Shown here: in pieces, positions 63,579 through 64,000 of the stretch
How the letters are laid out: every line of letters begins with the position of its first letter
Position numbering within the stretch: position 1 is the stretch's first letter
Source of the DNA: Paraspadella gotoi
Taxonomy: Eukaryota > Animalia > Chaetognatha
NCBI GenBank assembly: GCA_051294375.1
Contig: CM119264.1
Coordinates: forward strand, 4,456,862-4,520,861
Length of the DNA stretch: 64,000 bases
Direction of reading: 5' to 3'
Program-made: the position numbers and the translations under genes
The notes under the pieces: generated by a model
Databases searched by the model: none
What the model was told of the DNA's origin: nothing
The model's input: only the letters and a program-made list of their open reading frames with translations

Positions 63579-64000
63579 GTAATGAGAGAGGAAGAAGGGG
63601 GTGGAGGTGGGGAGGGTAGGGGAATGGGGGGAGAGAGGGGGGGATGGTGGATGGTGGATGGTGGAGGAGGGGGAGAAAAAAAGGAACGTTCTTAAAATCC
63701 ACTGAGCTCGGCTAAATCGAATGATCTAAAAATAAAAAGACGAGAAAAAGTTTAAAAGAAATTGATTTAATTTCATAATTGATTAAATTAAAGGAATTTC
63801 AAACTTTTCCATCGCCCTATCGTAAAATAAGAAAACGAAAATCAAAAGAAAAAAAGAAGGAAAAAAATCCGGTGTCATCATTGGTTCGTTGATAGTTGGT
63901 CAGGTGCCAAGTCGTGATCCTTGAGCGAGAAGATTGAGAGAGAAAATTGACAGAGACATCCACATTGATGGATAGGGACGAGGAGACGAGAGAGAGAGAG

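Overview
This is eukaryotic (animal, probably invertebrate) genomic DNA from a gapped, partly unpolished assembly. It is dominated by (GA)n, (TCG/GAC)n, (GATA)n and (GAT)n microsatellites, and nearly all listed ORFs are translations of simple repeats or N-runs. Supportable content: (1) a multi-exon + strand immunoglobulin-superfamily (IgSF) gene pieced together from exons at ~23147/23933-24065, 45369-45463, 47189-47324 and 63411-63578, continuing past the window; (2) a frameshift-riddled Ty3/Gypsy LTR retrotransposon at ~11499-20194 with ~380-bp direct terminal repeats; (3) a probable degenerate Mutator-like (MULE) transposase with a PHD finger on the - strand at ~52900-55300; (4) a tRNA-Gly-derived SINE-like head; (5) a dispersed non-autonomous repeat with Helentron/DINE-1-like features; (6) several minisatellites and two CCAAT-box clusters. 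An ~8.1-kb inverted duplication (22043-30186 vs 33161-41325) and several smaller duplications lie next to gaps of exactly 25 N and have indel-rich copies, so they are most likely long-read gap-filling artefacts. I found no CRISPR array, rRNA or prokaryotic system, and no convincing evidence of a novel biological system. Motif calls in the transposons were read by eye across frameshifts and need HMM confirmation.
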